Positions 37,184 through 46,371 are shown, counted from the stretch's first letter. The stretch is 64,000 nucleotides of DNA from a virus (IMGVR_UViG_2974704384_000001:12316-76315); one strand, 5' to 3'. A program made the numbers and translations. The notes: generated from the sequence alone by a model not told the origin.

Positions 37184-37319
37184 CGACGATTACGAAAACC
37201 CAATCGGCGAAGTTCTAGACGAGGACACGGTTAGCGACCTTAGGTCCAGCCACTTCGTCTACTCGATTGCCGGTCTGCTGGGAATTAAGACAGGAGCGCC
37301 CTGGTGGCCGTTCATCTAA
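37173..37319 (+). CDS. Small hypothetical protein (48 aa)
   Basis: RBS GGGG; read manually. Confidence 0.4.
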   Translation: MEPDDDYENPIGEVLDEDTVSDLRSSHFVYSIAGLLGIKTGAPWWPFI

Positions 37320-38167
37320 AGGTTTATGCCGAGAAGCTAGGCACGATTAACGCGGCTGCGGAGCCGTTCAAGTTCCCCGGCGGGGAGCTGCACCTTAAGA
37401 ACATCCTGGGGCCACTGGACTTGGATGGCGTGACGTGGATCGCGGACGTACGGGGAGCCGGTACGGACGATCTGGTGACAGCGCTGCTGCTGGCCGACCA
37501 CGCTGCGCAACAGGGTCAGGCGTTCGTGTTGTTCCTGCCGTACCTTCCGGCTGCTCGCGCGGACCGGGGGACGCCGTTCGGGCTGCGGGTGTACGCGGAC
37601 TTGATCAACAACTCAGCCTATGCGGAGCACGTCATTGTCATTGATCCGCATTCGCCGGTCGCTAACCGGCTGGTTCGGAACATCTGCCCGCTTGAGCCTC
37701 TGCCGCTGCTGGATAGGGCGCTAGAGAGCCAGGGTCATTGGCGGTACGACGGCATCATTGCGCCGGATAAGGGCGCGCGGGATCGTGCTGAGGCGGTCGC
37801 TAAGGAATACGGGCTGGACCTGTATGTGGCCGAGAAGGACCGGGACTTTGTTACCGGCCAGATTCTCGAAATTAAGGTGCCTAACCTGCCTAGAAGCGGT
37901 AAGTACCTGGTTGTCGATGATATCTGCGACGGTGGCCGGACGTTCCTGATGCTGGCTCACGACACATTCCTACCCAAAGAGAATATCGACCTTTGGGTTA
38001 CGCACGGCATTTTCTCCGGAGCTGCTACCAACCTCCGGAATTACTACGGGCGCATTATGACGACCGACTCTCACCCTGGGCATAACCGGGTGGGCGTGGC
38101 TACGTCGATTGTGCCGACCTACACATACATGCACCAGGCGATGGTTGAGCTTAAGGGGATAGGGTGA
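37304..38167 (+). CDS. Ribose-phosphate pyrophosphokinase-like protein (Adps-like)
   Basis: FPGGE, PYLPAARADR, DPHS, APDKGA, VVDDICDGGRTF. Confidence 0.9.
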   Translation: MAVHLKVYAEKLGTINAAAEPFKFPGGELHLKNILGPLDLDGVTWIADVRGAGTDDLVTALLLADHAAQQGQAFVLFLPYLPAARADRGTPFGLRVYADLINNSAYAEHVIVIDPHSPVANRLVRNICPLEPLPLLDRALESQGHWRYDGIIAPDKGARDRAEAVAKEYGLDLYVAEKDRDFVTGQILEIKVPNLPRSGKYLVVDDICDGGRTFLMLAHDTFLPKENIDLWVTHGIFSGAATNLRNYYGRIMTTDSHPGHNRVGVATSIVPTYTYMHQAMVELKGIG

Positions 38168-39648
38168 GCACGAAGTTTGCGCCGGTTGCGGCGCTATTCG
38201 AGACGGACGCATACAAGCTGGGCCACGTCGACCAGTACGCGCTTAGCGGGAACGTGACGCGGGTGTATTCCAACTACACCAACCGTAAGTCGCGCCTGTC
38301 GGGCGTCGATAAGGTCGTACATTTCGGCTTGCAGGCTTACATCGCTAAGCACCTGATGGAAGCGTTTGAACCGTTCTTTGCCACCCATGAGAACACGGTG
38401 GCCGCGCTTTACGAGGAGCGCGTTGCCCAGATTCTCGGGCCGGATGCGGCTTATTCGATTGGGTCGGACCACATTCGCCAGTTGCATCGGCTGGGGTTCC
38501 TGCCGCTGCGGTTCTGCGCGGTGCCTGAGGGGACGCTAGTGCCTATCGGGGTGCCATCGTTCACGGTGGAGAACACTCACGAGTCGTTCTACTGGCTGAC
38601 CAACTACATCGAGACCGGCCTGAGCGCCGGGGTGTGGCAGGCCAGCACCAGCGCGACCATCGCTAAGCAGTACCGGCGGGTGCTTGAGGCTGCGGCCTTG
38701 CGGACCGGCTCGGACCTGGCGGGCGTCGACTGGCAGTGTCATGACTTCTCTTACCGGGGCATGTCCTCGCATGAGAGCGCGGCGGCGTCGGGCGCGGCGC
38801 ACCTGCTGAGCTTCACTGGTACGGACTCGCTGGTCTCACTCGATTGGATCGACCGCTACTACGGCGGCGATTACGTCGCGGGGTCGGTCCCGGCTACCGA
38901 GCACTCGGTGATGTGTACCGGCATTGAGACGGTCGGGGAGCTTGAGACGTTTAGGCGGCTGCTGGACCTGTACCCGACCGGCATCGTTAGCGTCGTTAGC
39001 GACACGTTCGACCTGTGGAAGGTGCTAACCACGTACCTGCCGACGCTGTATAAGCAGATCGTGGGCCGGGACGGGAAGCTGGTCATTCGGCCTGACTCCG
39101 GTGATCCGGAGACCATCATTTGCGGCGACGAAACGAAGCCTATGGGTTCTCCGGCGGGCATGGGTGTCCTGGGCCTGCTGTATGAGCATTTCGGCGGTAA
39201 GAAGAATCCTGCCGGGTTCATTGAGCTTGATCCGCACGTGGGTGTGATCTATGGCGACTCAATCACGATTGAGCGCGCCGAGCGCATTACCCGGCGTATG
39301 GAGCGGCTGGGTTACGCGTCGTCCAACGTGGTGTTTGGCGTGGGCAGCTATACGTACCAGTACAACACCCGCGACACGTTCGGGTCCGCGATGAAAGCGA
39401 CGTGGGCTGAGGTCGACGGCAAGGGCTACAACCTGCTTAAGAATCCGGTGACGGACGACGGCACGAAGAAGTCTGCGACGGGCCGGTTGGCGGTGTTGGA
39501 GAACATCTGGTGCGATCTGGCGCTCAAGCAGAACGCGTCGATTGAGGATGAGAAGGCGAGCTTGCTCCGTCCCGTTTGGGAGAACGGAAAGTTTCTAGGC
39601 CGGCAATCGTTTGCGCAGGTCAGGGACGTTTTAGCGCGTCAGTCGTAG
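38164..39648 (+). CDS. Nicotinamide phosphoribosyltransferase-like protein (Namat-like)
   Basis: TDAYKLGH, HDFSYRG, ATEHSVM, SVVSDTFD, IRPDSGDP, YGDSIT. Confidence 0.92.
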   Translation: MSTKFAPVAALFETDAYKLGHVDQYALSGNVTRVYSNYTNRKSRLSGVDKVVHFGLQAYIAKHLMEAFEPFFATHENTVAALYEERVAQILGPDAAYSIGSDHIRQLHRLGFLPLRFCAVPEGTLVPIGVPSFTVENTHESFYWLTNYIETGLSAGVWQASTSATIAKQYRRVLEAAALRTGSDLAGVDWQCHDFSYRGMSSHESAAASGAAHLLSFTGTDSLVSLDWIDRYYGGDYVAGSVPATEHSVMCTGIETVGELETFRRLLDLYPTGIVSVVSDTFDLWKVLTTYLPTLYKQIVGRDGKLVIRPDSGDPETIICGDETKPMGSPAGMGVLGLLYEHFGGKKNPAGFIELDPHVGVIYGDSITIERAERITRRMERLGYASSNVVFGVGSYTYQYNTRDTFGSAMKATWAEVDGKGYNLLKNPVTDDGTKKSATGRLAVLENIWCDLALKQNASIEDEKASLLRPVWENGKFLGRQSFAQVRDVLARQS

Positions 39649-39654
39649 CGGGGA

Positions 39655-39674
39655 GTGTCCGACTTTTCGGACAC
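39655..39674. promoter_or_regulatory. Operator-like palindrome GTGTCCGA-CTTT-TCGGACAC
   Basis: Same half-sites and spacing as the 22074-22091 site. Confidence 0.75.
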
Positions 39675-39734
39675 TTTCGCACGTTTCCGGAGTACATGTG
39701 TTGTACTTGAAAGCGAGCAAGAGAGGGGGTCGGA

Positions 39735-40661
39735 ATGACGACCTTATGGGCCATGCGGGGTTATCCCGGCTCAGGTAAATCCACCAGGGCGCGTGAAATC
39801 GCTAACGAGACCGGCGCGGTTGTCGTGTGTCGTGACGATCTGCGCATGATGCTTCACGGTACCTATTTCTCGGGCAAGAAAGAGCTTGAGGATGAGGTCA
39901 CGGTAGCGGAGCGGGCGCAGGTTAGCGCGTTCCTTAAGGCCGGTATCTCGGTCGTGGTGGACGCTACGCATTTGGAGCCGTCTTATCTGCGTAAGTGGGC
40001 GAAGATGGCGAGCATGTACGGCGCGGAGTTCAAGCGCGTCGATATCGAGACGCCCGCTAGCTACTGCATCGTCAATGACTTTAAGCGCGGTGAGGCCGGA
40101 GACCGGACTGTCGGCGCGGAAGTGATTAACCGGATGGCTAAGCGTCACCCGATTAAGAACTGGCCGAATATTCAGGCTCCCCCGACGTTCGATCCTAAGC
40201 CGGTCGAATGGTTGGAGGGTCTGCCGGAGGCCATCATCGTGGATATCGACGGCACCTTGGCGCACATGACGGGCCGGTCACCTTACGACTACACGCAGGT
40301 CCATACCGACGTGGTTGACGAGCAGATTCGTTGGCTGGTCGGCCTGGTGGACTACTACGGCGGTCCTAACGGTGTCCACGTGCTGATCGTGTCTGGTCGG
40401 GACGATTCCTGCCGGGAAGCGACTCAGGAATGGTTGTGGAAGAACGCCATTCCTTACGACGAGCTGCACATGCGGCCTACCGGCGCTAAGGATGAGCACG
40501 GTAACAAGCTGCCGGATTACCTGGTCAAGTACGACCTGTTCGACCAGAACATTCGCGGTAAGTACAACGTGCGGTTTGTGTTGGACGACCGGGACCAGGT
40601 TGTGAATCTGTGGCGGTCGTTGGGCCTTAAGTGCCTGCAAGTTCAGCCGGGGGACTTCTGA
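39735..40661 (+). CDS. pnk: Polynucleotide kinase/3'-phosphatase (T4 PseT-like)
   Basis: GYPGSGKST P-loop, RDDLR, DIDGTLA HAD motif, SGR, DDRDQV. Confidence 0.92.
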   Translation: MTTLWAMRGYPGSGKSTRAREIANETGAVVVCRDDLRMMLHGTYFSGKKELEDEVTVAERAQVSAFLKAGISVVVDATHLEPSYLRKWAKMASMYGAEFKRVDIETPASYCIVNDFKRGEAGDRTVGAEVINRMAKRHPIKNWPNIQAPPTFDPKPVEWLEGLPEAIIVDIDGTLAHMTGRSPYDYTQVHTDVVDEQIRWLVGLVDYYGGPNGVHVLIVSGRDDSCREATQEWLWKNAIPYDELHMRPTGAKDEHGNKLPDYLVKYDLFDQNIRGKYNVRFVLDDRDQVVNLWRSLGLKCLQVQPGDF

Positions 40662-40792
40662 TGCTCGGGCTGGTGATCTTTGGGTTCGTCGCTGTGGTGG
40701 TTGTGATCGTTTTCGCTAGGGCGATTAAGGCGATGGATACCTACGTGGACGACCTTTACTCAGAGGAGGAATCTGATGGCGAGCGCGGGTAG
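40661..40792 (+). CDS. Small membrane protein (43 aa)
   Basis: TGATG overlap; TM helix; read manually. Confidence 0.5.
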   Translation: MLGLVIFGFVAVVVVIVFARAIKAMDTYVDDLYSEEESDGERG

Positions 40793-41018
40793 CTACATAG
40801 ACGTGCGATTCCACTTCTCCGCTGAGGAGGAGGACGGCTATACGCACTACGACCTGGTTTCCGCTGAGCGTATCGGGACGGACATTCCCGACGACGCAAT
40901 GCTAGGCATCGGGGAGACACTGGGCCAGTCCGATCACTGGAACGTCGGCGGCGTGGGGGCGACTCTGGACGCCATGACGGACGGCGGTGGCCCTAAGGCT
41001 CTAAGGAGCTACTGGTGA
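40776..41018 (+). CDS. Hypothetical protein
   Basis: RBS GGAGG. Confidence 0.6.
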   Translation: MASAGSYIDVRFHFSAEEEDGYTHYDLVSAERIGTDIPDDAMLGIGETLGQSDHWNVGGVGATLDAMTDGGGPKALRSYW

Positions 41019-41200
41019 GTGTCAGCATTACCGGCGACGGCATGGCTATCGCCATTACCGGCAAGGTGGGCCTTACCTACGACCGCAAGACCAAGGTGCT
41101 TGAGGTTACCGGCCTTGCCGAGCACGACAGGGTAGTTCATCGGACCAAGACCGGCGGTGACTTGCCGTACGAGCAATCGGTCCGTATCGAACTCAAGTAA
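41015..41200 (+). CDS. Hypothetical protein
   Basis: 4-nt overlap with previous gene. Confidence 0.6.
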   Translation: MSVSITGDGMAIAITGKVGLTYDRKTKVLEVTGLAEHDRVVHRTKTGGDLPYEQSVRIELK

Positions 41201-41206
41201 AGACTT

Positions 41207-41323
41207 GGATGGGTGCGTTAAAGGGCGGTTAACCCGATCCCAAGGTGGGATGGTTCCCATGTCGCCCCAAGCCTGGCCCAAGACCCGAATCGAAGCGGCG
41301 AGGTCTGTGCTGCGCACCCATCT
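41207..41323 (+). ncRNA. Candidate multi-stem intergenic RNA
   Basis: GATGGGTGCG/CGCACCCATC 10-bp closing stem enclosing ATCCCA-AGG-TGGGAT and AGACC...GGTCT hairpins. Confidence 0.45.
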
Positions 41324-41356
41324 AACTAACTTCCCCCTCCCCTTAACGGGGGACAG

Positions 41357-41770
41357 TTGGAGCACCTGCTAGTAGCGCCTTTCAAACGGCCACCAATGAC
41401 CGCTAACGATCAGCGGCGCGCACATTGGGCGGTAGTCCGAAAGGCTAAGCAAGAGGTAGGGGACACGGTTTTCTGGTTGGCCCGGCGGGCGGGCATTAAG
41501 GACTTAGGTCCGTCCGTCGTGTCATTCCTCTGGTACACGCCAACTCGGCGCGCTACCGATTCCGATTCCCTCGGCCCTTTCGTTAAAGGGGCATTAGACG
41601 GATTAGTGCGGGCTGGCGTTTGGCCTGACGACAACTCTAAGTACGTCAAACAAACGCGCATGGCAGTAACGGATACGGATACGAAAAATCCACGGATTGA
41701 GATAAGGATTTGGGAAGTTGGCGACACCGGAATCGAACTGGCGGGAGCTGGCGGCGTGCCAGTTCATTGA
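41357..41770 (+). CDS. rusA: RusA-like Holliday junction resolvase
   Basis: DSDSL.PFVKGALDGLV.AGVWPDDN..YV. Confidence 0.85.
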   Translation: MEHLLVAPFKRPPMTANDQRRAHWAVVRKAKQEVGDTVFWLARRAGIKDLGPSVVSFLWYTPTRRATDSDSLGPFVKGALDGLVRAGVWPDDNSKYVKQTRMAVTDTDTKNPRIEIRIWEVGDTGIELAGAGGVPVH

Positions 41771-42014
41771 CCCCGAAATGTTCTTCCCTAGCAAGGGTGG
41801 ATCGGCAGCCGAGCCTAAGCGTGTGTGCAACACGATGTGCGAGGTTCGGGAGCAATGCCTAGAGGCCGCGATGCGCGAGGAGTACGGCCTGGGTAAGACC
41901 CTCCGGTTCGGGGTTCGTGGCGGGTTGGTGCCGAACGCCAGGCACGCGCTGGCGATAGAGCGCGGCGAATACGTCGGTACGGATTACTGGGAAGTTCACG
42001 GAGAGGTTGCGTAA
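41718..42014 (+). CDS. whiB: WhiB-family transcription factor
   Basis: WRELAAC..DPEMFFP...KRVC..CEVREQCL...GVRGG. Confidence 0.9.
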   Translation: MATPESNWRELAACQFIDPEMFFPSKGGSAAEPKRVCNTMCEVREQCLEAAMREEYGLGKTLRFGVRGGLVPNARHALAIERGEYVGTDYWEVHGEVA

Positions 42015-42425
42015 GTGTATTCGGTTAACCAGCGCGTCGGCGTTGAAATGCGGTTCCACGCTAACCAGATCAGCCGGGGTAACGCGTTCAGCATTCCGGT
42101 AACGAATGTGAGTGGCGTGCGATCCAAGCTCATTCCGGAGCTGGACATTCCCGACCTGCCAGGAGCGGCCTGCAAGGGCACGGTTACCGACGCTGACGAC
42201 GACCCGTTCTTTCCTAAGAAGGGAGCTGGCGGGCGAAAGCAGATCGCAGAGGCTCGCGCTGTGTGCAACGGCTGCCCGGCTAAGCGGAAGTGCTTAGAAG
42301 CGGCGCTCAAGTGGGACCGCGCTCATCCCGACTATTTCGACCGCACCCAGGGCGTTTGGGGTGGGACGACGGAAGCGGAGCGCCAGGAAATCCTTAAGGA
42401 GGAGAACGATGCGCTGGCGTCGTAA
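42015..42425 (+). CDS. whiB: WhiB-family transcription factor with N-terminal extension
   Basis: AAC...FFP...ARAVCNGCPAKRKCL...GVWGGTTEAER. Confidence 0.9.
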   Translation: MYSVNQRVGVEMRFHANQISRGNAFSIPVTNVSGVRSKLIPELDIPDLPGAACKGTVTDADDDPFFPKKGAGGRKQIAEARAVCNGCPAKRKCLEAALKWDRAHPDYFDRTQGVWGGTTEAERQEILKEENDALAS

Positions 42426-42497
42426 CCGTCCCCGCCGGAACTGGCGGCGGTTCCTGTCCGACCTGTTCGAGTCATTCCTTGACGGGGTGTTCGACGT

Positions 42498-43067
42498 ATG
42501 GGACTAGCGGAGCGTTGCCGTTCGGGGCGCAGGTGTGTCAGCCGCACTCCGGACGGCCCGGCCTTGGTCGCGCTACGTCCACTGTGCGACGGCTGCGTTA
42601 AGGACATTCAGAAGTGCCTAGATGAACTCCCGACTTACTCCGACTTGCTCGAAAAATATAAGGGCTACGTGCCCGGTTCGGTAGGGCAGTCGAAAGTCAG
42701 TTCATCGGCTGAGCCTAAGGCTCCGTTAAACCTGACGGTCGTTGACCTGATCGGCCAGATTCGCGCGGTGATGCACCGGGCGGATGGCTACCAGGTGCGC
42801 GACCTCATCACGCTTAGCGGCGGCTTAGAGGTAGCGCTTGATATCCGCGAGGTCTATTCCAAGGCTGACGGGATTATCGGGCTGCAAAGGGTGTGGGAGC
42901 GGAGGCGCGTCCCATGTCCTGAGTGCGGGCTGCCGACGTTGGGCGGCTGGGTTGGCGAGGATCGCATTTACTGCACCAACAGTGAGTGTGCCACCACGTT
43001 AAGCAAGTCCGATTATGAGGACTATTGCGCGGAGAAAGCTAAGGCCAAGCGTGGCGGTGTTCACTAA
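42498..43067 (+). CDS. Hypothetical protein with Zn-ribbon motifs
   Basis: N-terminal C..C..C and C-terminal CPEC..C..C. Confidence 0.7.
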   Translation: MGLAERCRSGRRCVSRTPDGPALVALRPLCDGCVKDIQKCLDELPTYSDLLEKYKGYVPGSVGQSKVSSSAEPKAPLNLTVVDLIGQIRAVMHRADGYQVRDLITLSGGLEVALDIREVYSKADGIIGLQRVWERRRVPCPECGLPTLGGWVGEDRIYCTNSECATTLSKSDYEDYCAEKAKAKRGGVH

Positions 43068-43129
43068 GGTTCCGATGCGTACCGGGCTGACGTTAAGAGA
43101 AGTTGAAGAAATGATAAAGGAGAAGATTA

Positions 43130-43516
43130 GTGCCTAACGCTGAAATTTCGATTCAGGGCAACCTTACCGCTGATCCGGAATTGCGGTTCCTTGAGTCGGG
43201 CGTCGCCGTCGCTCAGTTCTCTGTGGCGTCTACGCCTCGGGTTAAGAAGGGTGACGAGTGGGTGGACGGTGAGACGGTGTTCCTCCGTACCACTGTGTGG
43301 CGCGAGCTGGCTGAGGGGGCGGCTGAGGCCCTGCGTAAGGGTGACTCTGTTGTGGTGATCGGCAAGCTCAAGCAGCGGTCGTTTGAGACCCGCGAGGGTG
43401 AGAAGCGGTCCGTGTTTGAAATCGACGGCGAGTTCGTCGGGAAGAACGTGCGTAAGCGTCGGGAGAACAACGGCGGCGGTTATCAGGCTGCCGCTAACGA
43501 CGCTCCCGCCTGGTAA
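43130..43516 (+). CDS. ssb: Single-stranded DNA-binding protein
   Basis: GNLTADPELRF...TVWRELAE...V.GKLKQR; acidic/aromatic tail. Confidence 0.95.
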   Translation: MPNAEISIQGNLTADPELRFLESGVAVAQFSVASTPRVKKGDEWVDGETVFLRTTVWRELAEGAAEALRKGDSVVVIGKLKQRSFETREGEKRSVFEIDGEFVGKNVRKRRENNGGGYQAAANDAPAW

Positions 43517-43528
43517 TCGAAACCGCCG

Positions 43529-43561
43529 GAGGTAGGGCTAGCGACCCTGGCCCTACCTCTC
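43529..43561. terminator. Hairpin after ssb
   Basis: GAGGTAGGGC...GCCCTACCTC; no strong U tract. Confidence 0.45.
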
Positions 43562-43581
43562 TGGCCCGTAAAGGATACGAA

Positions 43582-43800
43582 ATGTCTCACGAGAAAACTT
43601 CCGTTGTGCTGCGAAAGATCGACAAGGCCGCGCGAGTGCGAGGGCTGACTTTCGAGATTCGACGGCCCGGCGGTAATCACACCATTTACGACTTGGACGG
43701 TTTGATGGTCACTATTCCTAATGGCTCTAAGGTCACGCGGGTTGAGGCCACTTACCGGCAATTGCAGGACAAACTTGGAAAGGGCTGGTGGCGGCAGTGA
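43582..43800 (+). CDS. hicA: HicA-like mRNA interferase-fold protein
   Basis: 72 aa basic; R.GGNHTIY.L....VTIP motif. Confidence 0.75.
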   Translation: MSHEKTSVVLRKIDKAARVRGLTFEIRRPGGNHTIYDLDGLMVTIPNGSKVTRVEATYRQLQDKLGKGWWRQ

Positions 43801-43864
43801 CGTGGCGCAAGGTTCTTAAGGTAATCGACCGGATTTTGTGGGGAGTGGAAGGGCGGTGGGTTAA

Positions 43865-45145
43865 GTGAGCTTTGACGCTCCGGAGAACGCTAACTACGCG
43901 GCGACAATCGTTAAGTTGCCGCAGGGGCTTCTCCTAGAGGGTCTGGACAACCTGGTCGGCGTGCCGATGTTCGGCTACCAGGCGCTCACCCAAAAGGAGG
44001 GCTACGAGCTGGGCGCGCTGCGGGTGCTGTTCATGGCCGAGACTCAGCTTGATACCGAGTACGCGCGGGAAAACAACCTGTTCCGTGAGGCCACCCTGAA
44101 CCGGGACGCGAGCGAGACCGGCTACCTAGAGCCGAATGCCCGCGTTAAGGCGCTCCGGCTGCGTAAGCACCAGTCGGACGCGCTGCTGATGCCGGTCGAG
44201 TCGCTGGCCTATACCGGCTACGACGTGTCGACGCTCAAGCCGGGCGACACGTTCGACAAGCTGAACGGCCACACGATCTGCCGGAAGTACGTCCCGAAGG
44301 GTAAGAAGCAGGCCACGCAGGGCCAGCCCAAGGTGCGTAAGCAGGTTGACGAGAAGCTGTTCCCGAAGCACCTGGATACGGTGCATCTGTTCCGGAACCT
44401 GCACTACTTCCGCGACCCTCGTCGGATTGTGACCACGCAGAAGTTGCACGGCACGAGTTGGCGCGGCGGCAATATCCCGGTTAACCGGACTAAGGGTCGC
44501 TTTGAGCGGTTCCTGAACCGGCTGGGCATTGCTACTCCGGATACCGAGTACAAGCACGTGTTCGGCTCGCGGAATGTGGTTAAGGGCCGGTCGGAGAACA
44601 ACCACTACTACGCCACTGACCTGTGGGCGCGGTTCGGCCAGAAGCTTGAGGGCAAGATTCCGGAGAACTTCATCATCTATGGCGAGCTGGTCGGCTGGGT
44701 TAGTAAGGATGAGCCGATCCAGAAGGGTTACACCTATAACCTGCCGCCGGGTGAGTGCGAGCTTTACGTCTACCGGGTTGCGACGGTGAACCCTAAGGGC
44801 GTTATCGCGGACCTCTCATGGGAAGGCGTTAAGGACTTCTGCCGGTCACTGGACCTTAAGACCGTGCCGGAGTTCGGTTACAGCATTGAGACGGTGACCG
44901 ACACTGAGGACGAAGAGTCCTTTGTGGAGGCGTACCAGGAAATGTATATGGACCTGCGCTACGCGGACGAATACCCGGCTGGCGGTTACTTGCCGCTGAG
45001 CGACCGTAAGACGGTTGACGAGGGCGTGTGTGTCCGTATCGAGGGCATGGTGCCGCACGTGCTAAAGGCGAAGTCGCCGAAGTTCCTAGAGCACGAGACT
45101 AAGCAGTTGGATAAGGGAGAGGTTGACCTTGAAACGGTGGCGTAA
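43865..45145 (+). CDS. ATP-dependent RNA ligase (Rnl2-like, N-terminal OB-like domain)
   Basis: TQKLHGTS (motif I), IYGELVG, YRVA, DEGVCVR, LKAKS. Confidence 0.9.
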   Translation: MSFDAPENANYAATIVKLPQGLLLEGLDNLVGVPMFGYQALTQKEGYELGALRVLFMAETQLDTEYARENNLFREATLNRDASETGYLEPNARVKALRLRKHQSDALLMPVESLAYTGYDVSTLKPGDTFDKLNGHTICRKYVPKGKKQATQGQPKVRKQVDEKLFPKHLDTVHLFRNLHYFRDPRRIVTTQKLHGTSWRGGNIPVNRTKGRFERFLNRLGIATPDTEYKHVFGSRNVVKGRSENNHYYATDLWARFGQKLEGKIPENFIIYGELVGWVSKDEPIQKGYTYNLPPGECELYVYRVATVNPKGVIADLSWEGVKDFCRSLDLKTVPEFGYSIETVTDTEDEESFVEAYQEMYMDLRYADEYPAGGYLPLSDRKTVDEGVCVRIEGMVPHVLKAKSPKFLEHETKQLDKGEVDLETVA

Positions 45146-45308
45146 AGCCGCTATCGCCGGGGCCGCAGTGTTGACAGTTTTCGGGCTGTCGGCCTGCGGC
45201 TCTGGCGTGCCAGCCAATACATACAAGCAGGAATTGCCAGACGGTCGCACTGTTCAGTGCGTTACGAGTGGCCCCGCTATTAGCTGCGATTGGAGCAATG
45301 CTAAGTGA
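45123..45308 (+). CDS. Small lipoprotein
   Basis: LSAC lipobox. Confidence 0.65.
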   Translation: MTLKRWRKAAIAGAAVLTVFGLSACGSGVPANTYKQELPDGRTVQCVTSGPAISCDWSNAK

Positions 45309-45976
45309 TGAACGATACGGTCATTAAGGACCGCTTCAAGGATGCTTTCAAGGCAGCCAAGCTGCGTGAGGTTGAGGCTAAGGCCGCCCTTGCGGAGTTG
45401 CAGACCGGCCAGGCGCAGCGGGCCGAGCGTCATTTCCTGGCGACGGACGACATGGTTCATCAGCACTACTTCATTGGTGCTGTGGACTCTAAGAACGTCG
45501 CTGAGTGCGCGCAGCACCTTGAGTTCTGGCACCGGCTGGACCCGACGTGCGACATGAACGTGGAGATTCACTCCGGCGGCGGGTCGTGCCTCGCGGGCCT
45601 GAGCCTGTTCGACAACCTGACGCGCTACAGCTTGCGGGGCGGTGGTCAGCACAAGGTGACCATGACCGTTCGGGGCTTGGCCGCGAGCATGGCGACGGTC
45701 CTGGTGCAGGCTGCCGACGAACGCGTTATCGGTCCTGAGTCGTTCTTCATGGTTCACGAACTGTCCGGCAACACGGCGGGCAAGATCGGTGAGCTTGAGG
45801 ACACGATGGCGTTCTACCGGAAGCTCAATACGCGTATCGGTGAGATTTACGTTGAGCGGTCCGGTGGTAAGTGCTCTGCCGAGAAGTTCGCGGCGCTGTG
45901 GACGCGCCAGGACGTGTGGCTTAACGCTCAGGAGGCTTTCGATTTGGGCTTCGTGGATCGGATTGAGGGGGAGTAG
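45308..45976 (+). CDS. clpP: ClpP-like protease
   Basis: IHSGGG, GLAASMA, FMVH, QDVWLNAQEA..GFVD. Confidence 0.9.
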   Translation: MNDTVIKDRFKDAFKAAKLREVEAKAALAELQTGQAQRAERHFLATDDMVHQHYFIGAVDSKNVAECAQHLEFWHRLDPTCDMNVEIHSGGGSCLAGLSLFDNLTRYSLRGGGQHKVTMTVRGLAASMATVLVQAADERVIGPESFFMVHELSGNTAGKIGELEDTMAFYRKLNTRIGEIYVERSGGKCSAEKFAALWTRQDVWLNAQEAFDLGFVDRIEGE

Positions 45977-46371
45977 TGAGCGTTAAGGCTCCGACGTTGA
46001 ATGGCCGTAAAGGCGACTACGCGGTGCAGCCGCATGAGGTGGCGCGCGCTAAGGTGCTGCCGACCGCGCTGGGGGAGGGTGAGGTACTGACCCTTACCGA
46101 CGCTGAGCGGAAGGCCGCGCGTAAGGCTATCGGTCAGATTCACGCCAACCTGGACGTGAAGCTGCAAGCCGTGCTGGACGCCATTAATCACGTGCGGTCT
46201 AACGATCCGGTGGGGACGTTGCGTAAGAACAGCAAGGGTGTGTACGCGTTCTCATTCGAGCCGGGTAAGTGGCTGCTGATCGACGTGGATAAGCCCGCCT
46301 ACCGGGCCGCTGAGTCGCCTGCTGATAACGCGGCGATCCAGAACTCTTGGGAGCTGGTGGTTTCCGGCTAG
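45976..46371 (+). CDS. Hypothetical protein
   Basis: RBS GAGGGGGAG; 131 aa. Confidence 0.7.
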   Translation: MSVKAPTLNGRKGDYAVQPHEVARAKVLPTALGEGEVLTLTDAERKAARKAIGQIHANLDVKLQAVLDAINHVRSNDPVGTLRKNSKGVYAFSFEPGKWLLIDVDKPAYRAAESPADNAAIQNSWELVVSG

